DNA of 32,000 bases, from NCBI RefSeq assembly GCF_000009605.1, contig NC_002528.1, positions 240,001 through 272,000 on the forward strand, read 5' to 3'. A program made the position numbers and the translations under genes. Positions 1 to 10,804 of the stretch are shown here, in pieces; position 1 is the stretch's first letter, and each line of letters opens with the position of its first letter. This stretch comes from Buchnera aphidicola str. APS (Acyrthosiphon pisum) (GTDB lineage Bacteria; Pseudomonadota; Gammaproteobacteria; Enterobacterales; Enterobacteriaceae). The notes beneath the pieces were generated by a model, which searched no databases, was not told the DNA's origin, and saw only the letters and a program-made list of their open reading frames with translations.

Positions 1-1293
1 AAGATTACCTCTCTCTTCAAAGTTAGAAAATTGACCTAAGCTGCTGCACCCAGGAGACAAAAGAACGGTATCACCTGATTTGACTTGTTTTGAAATTAAA
101 ATTACTGCTTTTTTTAAATTTTCAACATAAATAGATTTTTTTTCACATATTTTTGACAATTTAATGCCATCTCTTCCAAAACAGTAAATTTTTATTTTTA
201 AAGTTCTAAAAATATTTTTTAATATATTAAAATTTGCAGATTTACTATCGCCGCCTAATAATAATCTTATTGTTCCAGTTGTTTTTATAGAATTTAAAGC
301 AACTTGAGTACTATTTACATTTGTGGATTTAGAATCGTTTATCCAACGTACTCCTTTTTCATTTTTTATTATTTGAAATCGATGTGGTAAATTCGAGAAA
401 CTTTTAAGTACATTTATTGCGTCATTTCTAGGGAATTGCATTGCATCTGAAATAGCTAAAGAGACTAATATATTATTGTAATTATGATATCCATATAATA
501 ATATTTCACTAGTATTTAATATTTTTTTATTTTTAAAAAATAAAATAGGGTCATTGCTTTTAGAACAAATACGATAATCACTTCTATTTGTTCCAAAACT
601 AATCCATTTTTTATTCTTACTATGAATAAGACTTTTTTCTATCTTATCATTAGAGTTAATTATACAAATTTCTGCTTGATTATAAACAGACAATTTAGTG
701 TTTTTATATTGTTGGAATCCATTTGGGTATCGATTGATATGATCTTCGCTAATATTAAGAATAACTGCTATCTTAGATTTTAAATTAAATGTATTTTCTA
801 GTTGAAAACTAGACAGTTCTATTATGTATAAATCTGCTTCTTTATCAAGTATTTCTAGTACGGGAACACCTATATTACCACCTAGAAAAGCTTTATATCC
901 TGATTTTTTTGCAATTTTTTCAATCATGGTAGCTACAGTACTTTTTCCATTAGTCCCTGTTATTGAAATAATAGGACAGGTCACTTCTCTAGAAAATAGT
1001 TCAATATCACTAATAATCTCAATACCTAGCAAACGTGCTTTAATTAAAATAGGTTTAAATGAAGAAATACCCGGACTTATAACAATTAAGTCTGATTCTA
1101 GAATCCACTGATGGTCTAAACTTCCTAAACTATATTCAATATTTTGAGGAATTTTAATAAAATTTGAAGGATGTTTAGATTCATCAATAATTTTAGGTTT
1201 TATTCCTTTTTTTAAAAAAAAATTAATGCAAGATATTCCTGTTAAACCCATTCCTAAAATTAATATTTTTTTACCAAAATAATTATATGACAT
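1..1293 (-). CDS. murD: UDP-N-acetylmuramoylalanine--D-glutamate ligase, C-terminus cut by window edge
   Basis: Absent from the ORF track because it runs off the window. Reverse-strand reading from ATG at 1293 gives MSYNYFGKKILILGMGLTGISCINFFLKKG...ISITGTNGKSTVATMIEKIAKKSGY...LGGNIG...ELSSFQLE...LSPGCSSLDQFSNFEERGNL, open to base 1. Mur ligase P-loop GTNGKST and a MurD-like C-terminus. Start overlaps the mraY stop (TGATG). Confidence 0.96.
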   Translation of the reverse strand, partial: MSYNYFGKKILILGMGLTGISCINFFLKKGIKPKIIDESKHPSNFIKIPQNIEYSLGSLDHQWILESDLIVISPGISSFKPILIKARLLGIEIISDIELFSREVTCPIISITGTNGKSTVATMIEKIAKKSGYKAFLGGNIGVPVLEILDKEADLYIIELSSFQLENTFNLKSKIAVILNISEDHINRYPNGFQQYKNTKLSVYNQAEICIINSNDKIEKSLIHSKNKKWISFGTNRSDYRICSKSNDPILFFKNKKILNTSEILLYGYHNYNNILVSLAISDAMQFPRNDAINVLKSFSNLPHRFQIIKNEKGVRWINDSKSTNVNSTQVALNSIKTTGTIRLLLGGDSKSANFNILKNIFRTLKIKIYCFGRDGIKLSKICEKKSIYVENLKKAVILISKQVKSGDTVLLSPGCSSLGQFSNFEERGNL

Positions 1294-2366
1294 CAACATA
1301 CCTTTAAAGAAATGAGACTTATGAGTAACAATATTAGTGACACAATCCAAAATCTTACGATAATCAAAGGTTCTAATATTCCTTTGACTTCATAATGGTG
1401 GTGAACTGGTGCCATTTGAAAAATTCTTTTTTTTCTTATTTTAAACGATATAATTTGTAATATCACAGATATTGTTTCAAAAACAAAAATACCACCCATG
1501 ATAATTAGTAGTAATTCTTGATGTAATAATATTGCTATAGCTCCTAAAGAACCACCTAATGCTAGTGATCCAACATCTCCCATGAACACTTTTGCTGGAT
1601 AGCTATTAAACCATAAAAAACCTAATCCTGAACCAACAATTGCCATACATAATATAGCTAGTTCTGTTGAATTTTTTACATATTGAACATGTAGATAATG
1701 TGAGATATTTATATTGTCGCTAAATAAAGATATTAATGTCAAACCACAAGTTAAAAAAATAACTGGCATAATAGCTAAACCATCTAATCCATCTGTTAGA
1801 TTAACTGCATTACTAGTGCCAACTAGTACAAAATAAGAAAGAAATATATATAAATAGTTTATTTCAAAATCATTCTTTATACAAAAGGGAATTATTAATT
1901 CAGTAGAAATAATATCTTTATTGTTTATCTTAATCATACAGATGAATATGAAAGCAATAATAGATAAAAAAAAATATTTCCATTTTAGTTTTAATCCTTG
2001 ACTATTTTTATACTTTATTTTTTTATAATCATCTATAAAACCTATTAAGCCATATCCTATTAAAATACTTATGACGTACCAAATATAAATATTGGATAAA
2101 TTACAGTATAGTATTGTCGAAAACAATATAGAAAAAATTATAAAAATTCCACCCATGGTAGGTGTGTTTTTTTTTGAATAATGTGTTTTTGGCCCATTAT
2201 TTCGTATAATTTGATATGTTTGTAATTTTTTAAAGTAATATATAAAATATGGCCCAATATATAGATTGATAAAAAAAGAAGTTAATAAGCTAAATATTGC
2301 ACGATATGGAATATAAGAAAGAATATTTAAATTTATATGTAAATATTTATTAAAAAAAATTAGCAT
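1293..2366 (-). CDS. mraY: phospho-N-acetylmuramoyl-pentapeptide transferase
   Basis: 357 aa polytopic protein with NGPKTHYSKKNTPTMGG, NAVNLTDGLDGLA and MAPVHHHYE motifs; in dcw-cluster order. Confidence 0.98.
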   Translation of the reverse strand: MLIFFNKYLHINLNILSYIPYRAIFSLLTSFFINLYIGPYFIYYFKKLQTYQIIRNNGPKTHYSKKNTPTMGGIFIIFSILFSTILYCNLSNIYIWYVISILIGYGLIGFIDDYKKIKYKNSQGLKLKWKYFFLSIIAFIFICMIKINNKDIISTELIIPFCIKNDFEINYLYIFLSYFVLVGTSNAVNLTDGLDGLAIMPVIFLTCGLTLISLFSDNINISHYLHVQYVKNSTELAILCMAIVGSGLGFLWFNSYPAKVFMGDVGSLALGGSLGAIAILLHQELLLIIMGGIFVFETISVILQIISFKIRKKRIFQMAPVHHHYEVKGILEPLIIVRFWIVSLILLLISLISLKVC

Positions 2367-3727
2367 TTTTTTTTGCTCTCCTTAATAAGATCTTCTACTA
2401 CTTTTTCCATTTTTGTACTACGAGATCCTTTAACTAATATGGTTATTTTTTTTTTCTTTAAAAAAACATTTTTTAAATATTCGCTTAATTTTTTTTTATT
2501 TAAAAAATGTTTGCCATTATTAAAAATTTTAGTGATTTCACTACTCATATCACCAATGCTAAAAATTTTATTAATTGCAGATGAATTAGCAGTATTTCCT
2601 ATCATTTGATGATACATCATACTGTTTTCTCCTAATTCGGCCATATCTCCAGTTACTAATATTTTATAACCTGGCATTCTTTCTAAAACTTTTATTGCTG
2701 AAATCATAGATGAAACGTTAGAATTGTAGGTATCATCAATTAAAATTTTATTGGGTTCTAGTATAATAGACTCTAATCTTTTTGAAACAATAGGTGTGTC
2801 CAATAGTCCTATTTTTATTTTTTTTAAAGGTATTTTAAGCGCAAATGAAAAGGCACTAGCTGCTAATGCATTAGATATGTTTTGGTAACCTAAAAACGGT
2901 AATGAAATATTTATTTTTCCACACGGTGTATGCATCGTAAAAGATGTGCCATGTATATGAATTTTAATATTACTACAAAAAAAATTACTATATTTTTTTT
3001 TTTTAATAGAAAAGAACAAAATATTACTGTTCTTTATGTCTTTTTTCCATTGTGAAAAATGATGACTATCTAAATTAATAATAACTGTACTATTAGGTTT
3101 TAAACCAGAAAATATTTCTGATTTTGCTTTAGATACTCCTAATAATGATTTAAATCCTTGTAAATGAGCACAATGAATATTATTAATTAGTATAATATCT
3201 GGTTGACTGATATTACTAGTATAAGCAATTTCGCCCGGTTTACTCGCACCTAATTCAATCACACCATATTTATGTTCTTGTTTTAATTGAAGTAAAGTCA
3301 TTGGAACACCAATATTATTGTTTAAATTATCAATAGTAGATATTGTATTCCCATTTTTCCTAAGTATAGAGGCCGTCATTTCTTTTACTGAGGTTTTTCC
3401 ACAAGAACCGGTAATAGCTAATATTTTTGCCTTAGTTTTTTTGCGAACCCAGCCAGCAATTTGACCTAACGCAATAGAAGTATTTTCCACTATAATATAT
3501 GGAACATGGGGTTTTATATTTTTTTGTGTAACAAATGCAGCACACTTTTTTTTTAAGGCATCGTGTATAAAAATATGAGCATCAAATTTTCTACCTATTA
3601 AAGCAATAAAAAGACAACCTGGAATAATTTTTTTAGTGTCTATGACAATTTCATTTATTAACAAATCTGCTCCATATAGCGTTCCGTTCGTTATTAAAGC
3701 AATTTTTTTTAATGATAAAGAAATCAT
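2360..3727 (-). CDS. murF: UDP-N-acetylmuramoyl-tripeptide--D-alanyl-D-alanine ligase
   Basis: 455 aa; ITGSCGKTSVKEM P-loop, NNNIGVPMTLL, DDTYNSNVSSM; 7 nt overlap with mraY and ATGA overlap with murE. Confidence 0.97.
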   Translation of the reverse strand: MISLSLKKIALITNGTLYGADLLINEIVIDTKKIIPGCLFIALIGRKFDAHIFIHDALKKKCAAFVTQKNIKPHVPYIIVENTSIALGQIAGWVRKKTKAKILAITGSCGKTSVKEMTASILRKNGNTISTIDNLNNNIGVPMTLLQLKQEHKYGVIELGASKPGEIAYTSNISQPDIILINNIHCAHLQGFKSLLGVSKAKSEIFSGLKPNSTVIINLDSHHFSQWKKDIKNSNILFFSIKKKKYSNFFCSNIKIHIHGTSFTMHTPCGKINISLPFLGYQNISNALAASAFSFALKIPLKKIKIGLLDTPIVSKRLESIILEPNKILIDDTYNSNVSSMISAIKVLERMPGYKILVTGDMAELGENSMMYHQMIGNTANSSAINKIFSIGDMSSEITKIFNNGKHFLNKKKLSEYLKNVFLKKKKITILVKGSRSTKMEKVVEDLIKESKKKC

Positions 3728-5217
3728 ATATTTTTTCCTAATAAATTTAATACTATTTTTTTATCTGAATAGTTTATAGATCTATTTTGAATTATTTGTT
3801 TTTCTTCGTGTCCTTTTCCAGCTATTAAAATTATATGATGATATTTTGCTCCGAAATAAGCATAAGATATTGCTTTTTTTCTATCAGGGATAATTAATAT
3901 TTTTTCCTTATTTTTACAACCATTTAAAATATCTTGAATAATTTTTTTTTCTTTTTCATTTCTGGGGTTGTCATTAGTAATGATCACTTTATCTGACATT
4001 TTTTCTGCAATAGCACCCATAATAGGGCGTTTTTTTTGATCTCTTTCTCCTCCGCATCCAAATATACACCATATATATCTTTGGTAATGTGAATGAATGG
4101 CATTAAGTGTTTTTTTTAGTGCATCAGGTGTATGAGCGTAATCGATAATAAAAGTTGGTTTTTTGACATAAGAAAATAATTCCATTCGACCCTGTACTGG
4201 TATTATTTTTTCAGACGTATGGATTAAGTCTGATAAACTATAGCCTAGTTCTAAAAGACAAGCTAATGACAACAGGAGATTAGTGACATTAAAACGTCCA
4301 ATTAAACAAGAGGATATTCTTCCTGTTCCCCAACTAGATTCAAATGTAATATAAATGGAATTATTATTCTGTTCAATATTAGTGGCATTAATCCATTTTG
4401 TAGAATATTTTTTTTGTTTTCTGTTTTGAATAGTAACAGCTACTGTGTAGAAATTAAGTAGTTTTTTTAACCATATTTTCCCATATTGATCATCAGCATT
4501 TAATATAATTTTTTTTACCTTATGTGTACTAAATAATAACCATTTTGCGGATTCATATTTTTCCAAATTTTCATGATAATCTAAGTGATCTTGAGTTAGA
4601 TTAGTGAAAATTGCAATATAAAAAGGAACTTCTTTAACGCGATGTTGTATCAAACCATGTGAAGAAACTTCCATAGTCACTAATTCAGCTTGTTTTTCTA
4701 AGACTTTAGATAAGAATAGTTGAATAAAAATAGGCGAGGAAGTTGTATTATTTGTAGGTTGCAAAGAATTATAAAAACCATTTCCTAAAGTTCCCATAGT
4801 TGCTGTTTTTGTACCTAAAATTGTACTCCACTGATTGATTAATTGTGTTACCGTAGTTTTTCCATTAGTACCAGTTATGCCAATGATTTTTAATCTCTTT
4901 CCTGGTTCTTTATAAAAACGATTTGCTAACAATGATACATTTTCAGATAGTTTAAAAAAGTATATTAGAATAACATTCTTGATATATTTAAATATTCCAT
5001 GCTTATCTTTTTTTTTAGTTTCACATAGAATAGCTGCTGCTTTTTTATTAATAGCTTGAACAATGAAATGACGGCCATCTTTTTTTATCCCCGGAACTGC
5101 TATAAACAAATCTCCTGGAGTTAAAGTTCTGCTATCCATCTTCAAATTTGAAATATATTTTTTTGGAATATTTTTAATCCATGGTAATAATAAATATTTT
5201 AAGCAAATTTTATTCAT
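3724..5217 (-). CDS. murE: UDP-N-acetylmuramoyl-L-alanyl-D-glutamate--2,6-diaminopimelate ligase
   Basis: 497 aa; GITGTNGKTTVTQ P-loop, YAHTPDALKK, DNPRNE motif (meso-DAP type). Confidence 0.98.
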   Translation of the reverse strand: MNKICLKYLLLPWIKNIPKKYISNLKMDSRTLTPGDLFIAVPGIKKDGRHFIVQAINKKAAAILCETKKKDKHGIFKYIKNVILIYFFKLSENVSLLANRFYKEPGKRLKIIGITGTNGKTTVTQLINQWSTILGTKTATMGTLGNGFYNSLQPTNNTTSSPIFIQLFLSKVLEKQAELVTMEVSSHGLIQHRVKEVPFYIAIFTNLTQDHLDYHENLEKYESAKWLLFSTHKVKKIILNADDQYGKIWLKKLLNFYTVAVTIQNRKQKKYSTKWINATNIEQNNNSIYITFESSWGTGRISSCLIGRFNVTNLLLSLACLLELGYSLSDLIHTSEKIIPVQGRMELFSYVKKPTFIIDYAHTPDALKKTLNAIHSHYQRYIWCIFGCGGERDQKKRPIMGAIAEKMSDKVIITNDNPRNEKEKKIIQDILNGCKNKEKILIIPDRKKAISYAYFGAKYHHIILIAGKGHEEKQIIQNRSINYSDKKIVLNLLGKNI

Positions 5218-6957
5218 TCAGTTCCTTTTATTTGATTTTAAAATCATTTTTTGATTTGACAAGTTATCTGGTTTTATATTCATTTTTTTTAATATTAGTT
5301 TCATTATATTACTAAAAACTGGAGCAGAAACCGCTCCTCCATAATATTTTTTTCCTTGAGGATTATCGAGAATAATTATCAATGAAAATCTTGGATCGCT
5401 AGCTGGTGCAATTCCTGCTGTATAAGCTGTGTATTTTTTAATATAACGCCCATGAATTCCTACTTTTTTTGCAGTCCCTGTTTTTACAGCAACACGATAT
5501 CCTCGGACTGCCGCTTGAAGACCTCCTCCACCTGGTTGAGAAACACTTTCCATCATATTAATTACTTTTTTGACATATTTTGGGGGGAAAATTTGTTTTC
5601 CGCCTGTTGGACGGTCAGTTTTTATAATTGAAAGTGGACGATATATTCCATAACTAGCAATAGTAGAATATAATCTTGCTAACTGAAGTGGAGTTACCAT
5701 AAGTCCGTATCCAAAAGACAAAGTAGCTTTATCTAAATTAGACCACCTTTTTTTAGGAGGGAAAAAACCATGTTTTTCTCCTATTAATCCTAGTTGAGTA
5801 GGTTTACCTAATCCAAATTTAATATAACTATCGAGTAATTTTAAAGTTGGCATGGATAGTGCAATTTTTGACACACCCACGTTACTTGATTTTTGCAATA
5901 TACCAGTTATCGTAAGTTTTTCATGATAGGATACATCTTTTATTTGATGTTTTTGAATTAAAAAAGGTTTTGTATCAATAATTGAATTTTCTTGTATTAT
6001 TCCAAGTTTTAACGCTTCTATAATGACTATTGGTTTTACTGTTGAGCCAGGTTCAAAAAGATCTGTAATTGCTTTATTACGAACATTTTTTTGTATGATA
6101 TGTCGTATATTATTAGGATTATATGAAGGACTATTTGCCATAGCTAGAACCTCTCCTGATTTAATGTTAATTAAAATTGCAGTTCCAGAATCAGATTGGC
6201 TTTTTTTAACCCCTTCTTGTAATTCATTATATACAATAGTTTGTAATTTTGTATCAATGCTAAGATTTAAGTTATTAGATGCTCGTTTATGAACTAAAGA
6301 TATTTTTTCAATAACATGTCCTTTATTATCTTGTCTTATTTTTCTTTTTCCTGGTTTTCCTGTTAATAATAAATCGAAGCTTTTTTCTATTCCTTCAATC
6401 CCTATTCCATCTATATTAGTAAAACCTACTAGTTGAGCTGAAATTTCTTTAAATGGATAGTATCTTTTTGATTCTTCTAATAAAAAAATGCCAGGTAACT
6501 GTAATTTTTTAATATATTCTGAAATTTCAGGATTAATTTGACGAGCTAAGTAAATAAATTTTGATTTTTTATGAGAATTTATACGTAGAAACATTTTTTT
6601 TAAAGGAATAGAAAGAATTTCTGATAAAGCTTGCCAACGTTTATGGTTTTTAATATTTTTTGTTTTTAGAATTACTGATGGATCTGCACAAATTGCGTTT
6701 ACTAATACAGTAACTGCTAACGGATAACCTCTTCGATCCTTAATTGCACCTCTTGTACTAAGTAAAGATTGTGTTCTTAATGTTCGACGATCTCCTTCTG
6801 TTATTAATCGATTAGAACTGATAATTTGTAAAAAAATTACGCGAAGTGTTAAAATAAACAGGGACAAAAAAATAAAGCCATATAATAAAAAAAAACGCCA
6901 ATTTATATAATTTATTTGTTTTGATTTTAAAAATCTATTTTTTTCTTTTTTATACAT
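5218..6957 (-). CDS. ftsI: peptidoglycan D,D-transpeptidase FtsI (PBP3)
   Basis: 579 aa; N-terminal TM segment, FEPGSTVKP (SxxK), [10 protein letters not shown] (KTGT), dcw position. Confidence 0.98.
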
Positions 6958-7021
6958 TTTCTAAATAATATCCATCAATGTACATTTATTTTTATAAAAT
7001 AAAAATTTTTTTATGCTAAAA

Positions 7022-7275
7022 TTATTTTTTTTGAACTGTAGAATGAATAGATAAAGAATTTTTTTCAATTATTAAATTTCTCCATTCATCATTTTTTTTT
7101 TTTTTTTTTGAATAACATCTTCTTCTTCTGTAATTAATAATCGAGTATTATAAACTGTAATGATGACTAAGCTAGCTGATAATATAATAGCTATTAATAA
7201 AGTTAAATGAATTTTCCCATATAAAAGAAAATCATTTTTGATGATTTTAGGTAAATCATAACGTTGAATTTTCAT
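7022..7275 (-). CDS. ftsL: cell division protein FtsL, reading frame interrupted at an 18-A tract
   Basis: ATG at 7275; zero-frame ORF (7072..7275) ends ...TRLLITEEEDVIQKKKKKMMNGEI*. With one extra A in the run at 7092-7109 the frame continues NDEWRNLIIEKNSLSIHSTVQKK* to 7022, matching the FtsL ...EWRNLILEENAL segment. Confidence 0.88.
7092..7109 (-). repeat. 18-nt poly(A) tract (poly-T on + strand) inside ftsL
   Basis: Direct count: 9 T (7092-7100) plus 9 T (7101-7109); consistent with Q-KKKKK-M translation. Confidence 0.95.
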
Positions 7276-7277
7276 AT

Positions 7278-8216
7278 TTATTCTTGTATTTCTGCGATAC
7301 GAAGTACGGAGCTGCGAGCTCTAGGATTATTATTTATTTCATTTTGTGTAGGTAATATACGATTTATAATTTTTAATTTACATGTTGTTAACCTATTTAA
7401 TTGTTCTTCCGTAATAGGCATTCCGTATGGAATAATTGCTTTTGTGCTGTTTTTAATCATGAATTTTTTTACTAATCTGTCTTCTAAAGAATGAAAACTA
7501 ATAATAGATATACGTCCTCCTGGCTTAAGTATTTTTAGCGTGCTTTCTAAAGCTTTTTGAATTTCTTCTAACTCTTGATTGATATAAATTCTAATTGCTT
7601 GAAAACTCCTTCTTGCTGGATGTTTAAATTTATTTTTTGTTGGTATAGTTTTTTTAATAATGTTGGCTAATTCTAGAGTACTGGTTATTTTTTTTATTTG
7701 ACTTCTACGTTTGATAGCATAAGCTATTTTTCTTGAAAAACGTTCTTCTCCGAAATTTTTTAAAACAAAAGAAATTTCTTTAACATTACTTTCAAAAAGC
7801 CATTCGGAAGCAGAAATTCCATAATTAGGATTCATTCGCATATCTAAAGGGCCGTCATTTTTAAATGAAAAACCTCTTCTATAATCGTCAATTTGTATTG
7901 AAGAAACTCCTAAATCAAATATAATTCCATTTACTTTCCCTATAATTTTTTCATTTTTTGCAAAATCTAATAATTTTGAAAAATTTTCATTAATTATATG
8001 AAAACGTGAATCTTTGATTTCACTTCCTATGGAGAAAGCAATGGGGTCTCTGTCAATAGAATATAATCGACCATTTTGTCCTAATTTTTTCAAAATTTCA
8101 TTTGAATGTCCACCTGTTCCAAATGTACTGTCAATATAAATACCGTTTTTTTTTATTTTTAAAGAATCAATTAGTTCTTTTTTCATTACTGGAATATGTT
8201 TAAATATGTGATTCAT
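7278..8216 (-). CDS. rsmH: 16S rRNA (cytosine1402-N4)-methyltransferase
   Basis: 312 aa; [47 protein letters not shown] motifs. Confidence 0.97.
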
Positions 8217-8337
8217 TTTTTAAATATAGACGATATAAAGTAAGAATATAGTACATGGTCATTTCTATTTAAATAACCATGTTTAATATTTTTTAGAAAG
8301 AAGAATGTGAAATGTTATTAATTTAAATTTAAAACAT

Positions 8338-8814
8338 TTATCCCCGAGAAATACCAACAATTCCAGAACGAGTTACCTCGATAATTTCTGAAAAATTACG
8401 TATTATTTTTAAAAAAGCATCAATTTTTTTCGTAGTACCAGACAATTGCAATATATATGTTGCAGATGTTATGTCTACAATTTGCCCTCGAAATACTTCA
8501 GTAATATGTTTTATATCATCTCTTCTATGATTGTTTATCTGAACTTTTAATAATACGATTTCCCGTTCTATATGAGAAGATTGTCCAATTTGTACAACTC
8601 TTAATACATCTATTAATTTATGCAGTTGTTTTTCAATTTGTTCAATAGCTTTTTCATTTCCTACTGTTTGTATAGTCATTTTAGATAAAGTAGGATCTTC
8701 AGTAGGTGCTAGCGTAATAGTTTCTATATTATATCCTCTTTGTGAAAAGAGTCCTATTACTCTTGATAGTGCACCTGATTCATTTTCCAATAAAATAGAT
8801 AAAATTCTTCGCAT
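8338..8814 (-). CDS. ilvH: acetolactate synthase III small (regulatory) subunit
   Basis: [50 protein letters not shown]; ACT domain. Start trimmed from TTG at 8826 to ATG at 8812-8814. Confidence 0.97.
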
Positions 8815-8818
8815 ATTT

Positions 8819-10534
8819 TTAGGCAACCTCTTTTTTCCTTAGCCGCATTTCATTCATGCCACCCCCTTGAATCTGCATAGGATAAACATGCTCAGAATTA
8901 TCTATTTGAACGTCTACGAACACCAAATGACCATCAGACAATTTACTTAATGCAAGCATTAATTTCTCTTCTAATTCTATAGGTTCAGTAATTTGGATAC
9001 CAAAGTGGCCATAGGATTCTGATAATTTTACAAAATCAGGAAGTGAGTCCATATAAGAATGGGAATGTCGTCCTGAATAAATCATATCTTGCCATTGTTT
9101 GACCATTCCTAAAGAAGAATTGTTGAGATTTAATATTAATACTGCTAAATTATATTGTCGTGCTGTAGATAATTCTTGAATATTCATTTGAATACTGCCA
9201 TCTCCTGTAATACAGATAACAGTTTCTTTGGGCAGGGCTAATTTAACTCCTAATGCCGCGGGTAATCCAAATCCCATGGTACCTAATCCACCTGAATTAA
9301 TCCAACGTCTAGGTTTGTTAAATGGATAATATAATGCAGTAAACATTTGATGCTGTCCAACATCTGATGTGATATAAGACGTTCCTTTTGTGAGTTTAAA
9401 AAGAGTTTTAATAACTGTTTGAGGTTTTATCTTATTACTTAGTTGATTGTATTGTAGACTATTTATTTTTTTCCATTTTTTAATAGTATTCCACCAATCT
9501 TCTAACAGTGAAATTTTCTTTTCTTTTTTTAGTAATTCTATCATTTTTTGCAAGACATGTTTAGCATCTCCTACAATAGGTATATTGGCAGATACAGTTT
9601 TAGAAATAGAAGTCGGATCAATATCAACATGTAAAACAATCGCATTTGGACAGTATTTATTTAAATTATTTGTTGTGCGATCATCGAATCTTACACCGAT
9701 TGCAAAAATAACATCGGCATGATGCATGGTCATGTTAGCTTCATACGTACCATGCATTCCTAACATGGAAATATTTTGATCATGAGTGCCTGGAAAACTA
9801 CCTAATCCCATTAAAGAAGTCGTAACAGGACAGTTGATCTTTTCTGCAAAAATTCTTAATTCTTCACTACTGTTAGAACTAATAATTCCGCCCCCTGCAT
9901 AAATCACTGGTCTTTGAGCTTTTAATAATGTATGCAGAGCTTTTTTAATTTGCCCTATATGACCTTTAGTTGTTGGATTATATGAACGTATATTAATATT
10001 ATCTGGCCATTTATAGAGATATTTATTGTCTTTTTTTAAAATATCTTTCGGTAAATCAATTACTATAGGTCCTGGACGGCCACTAGATGCTAACCAAAAA
10101 GCTTTTTTAAAAACAATTGGTATATCTTCAGTTTTTTTAACTAAGAAACTGTGTTTTACTATTGGACGAGAAATTCCGATCATATCACATTCTTGAAAAG
10201 CATCATAACCGATTAATGAAGAAGCGACTTGTCCTGAAATAACAACCATTGGAATAGAATCCATGTATGCTGTTGCAATACCAGTAATAGCATTAGTTGC
10301 ACCGGGTCCAGAAGTAACTAATACTACTCCAGTTTTTCCAGTAGAACGAGAATAACCGTCAGCCATGTGAGTTGCAGCCTGTTCGTGTCTCACTAGAATA
10401 TGTTCGATTCCACCAACGGTTTTTAGAGCATCATAAATATCTAGTACAGCACCACCAGGATAACCAAATATATGCTGTATTCCCTGATCAATTAATGATC
10501 GAACGACCATTTCGGCTCCTGATAATATTTCCAT
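8819..10534 (-). CDS. ilvI: acetolactate synthase III large (catalytic) subunit
   Basis: 571 aa ThDP enzyme: [41 protein letters not shown]. Confidence 0.98.
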
Positions 10535-10540
10535 TTTTTT

Positions 10541-10545
10541 CCTCC
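10541..10545 (-). promoter_or_regulatory. Shine-Dalgarno sequence of ilvI
   Basis: Minus strand reads GGAGG-AAAAAA-ATG, a near-ideal SD with 6 nt spacing. Confidence 0.7.
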
Positions 10546-10804
10546 AGGATACTAATTTATTAGGTTGTATTTCCTAGATCTCTATCTATCAGTTTATCCT
10601 GTAGTTCATCTAGATAAAATTAGCACTATTTAGTTTAAAAGATTATAAAAAATTCAAAAAATTTATTTTTAATGTTATGTTTTATTTAAGAAGTCATTTT
10701 AAATGATGTCATGTTTTATTACTATTAAATGAAAAATTAATTTTGATTTTTATTATTGCAAATATATCAGATATTATCAATTAATAGAAAGTATTAAGTA
10801 TTAT

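Noticed and set aside
824-1111. + strand ORF, 95 aa
   Set aside because: Lies antisense within murD, low-complexity Ser/Ile-rich, no SD or recognisable domain; shadow ORF.
2373-2609. + strand ORF, 78 aa
   Set aside because: Antisense shadow of the murF 3' end; the poly-F stretch is the complement of lysine-rich coding A-runs.
6023-6292. - labelled region: + strand ORF of 89 aa
   Set aside because: Fully antisense to ftsI, no conservation signature.
7264-7494. + strand ORF, 76 aa, spanning the ftsL-rsmH junction
   Set aside because: Antisense to the rsmH 3' end and ftsL 5' end; no credible initiation signal or homology.
8815-8826. Upstream TTG start for ilvH overlapping the ilvI stop
   Set aside because: ATG at 8814 gives the canonical MRRILS N-terminus; the TTG extension is an ORF-caller effect.
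9447-9722. + strand ORF, 91 aa, and a second at 10372..10563
   Set aside because: Both are antisense shadows of the highly conserved ilvI frame.
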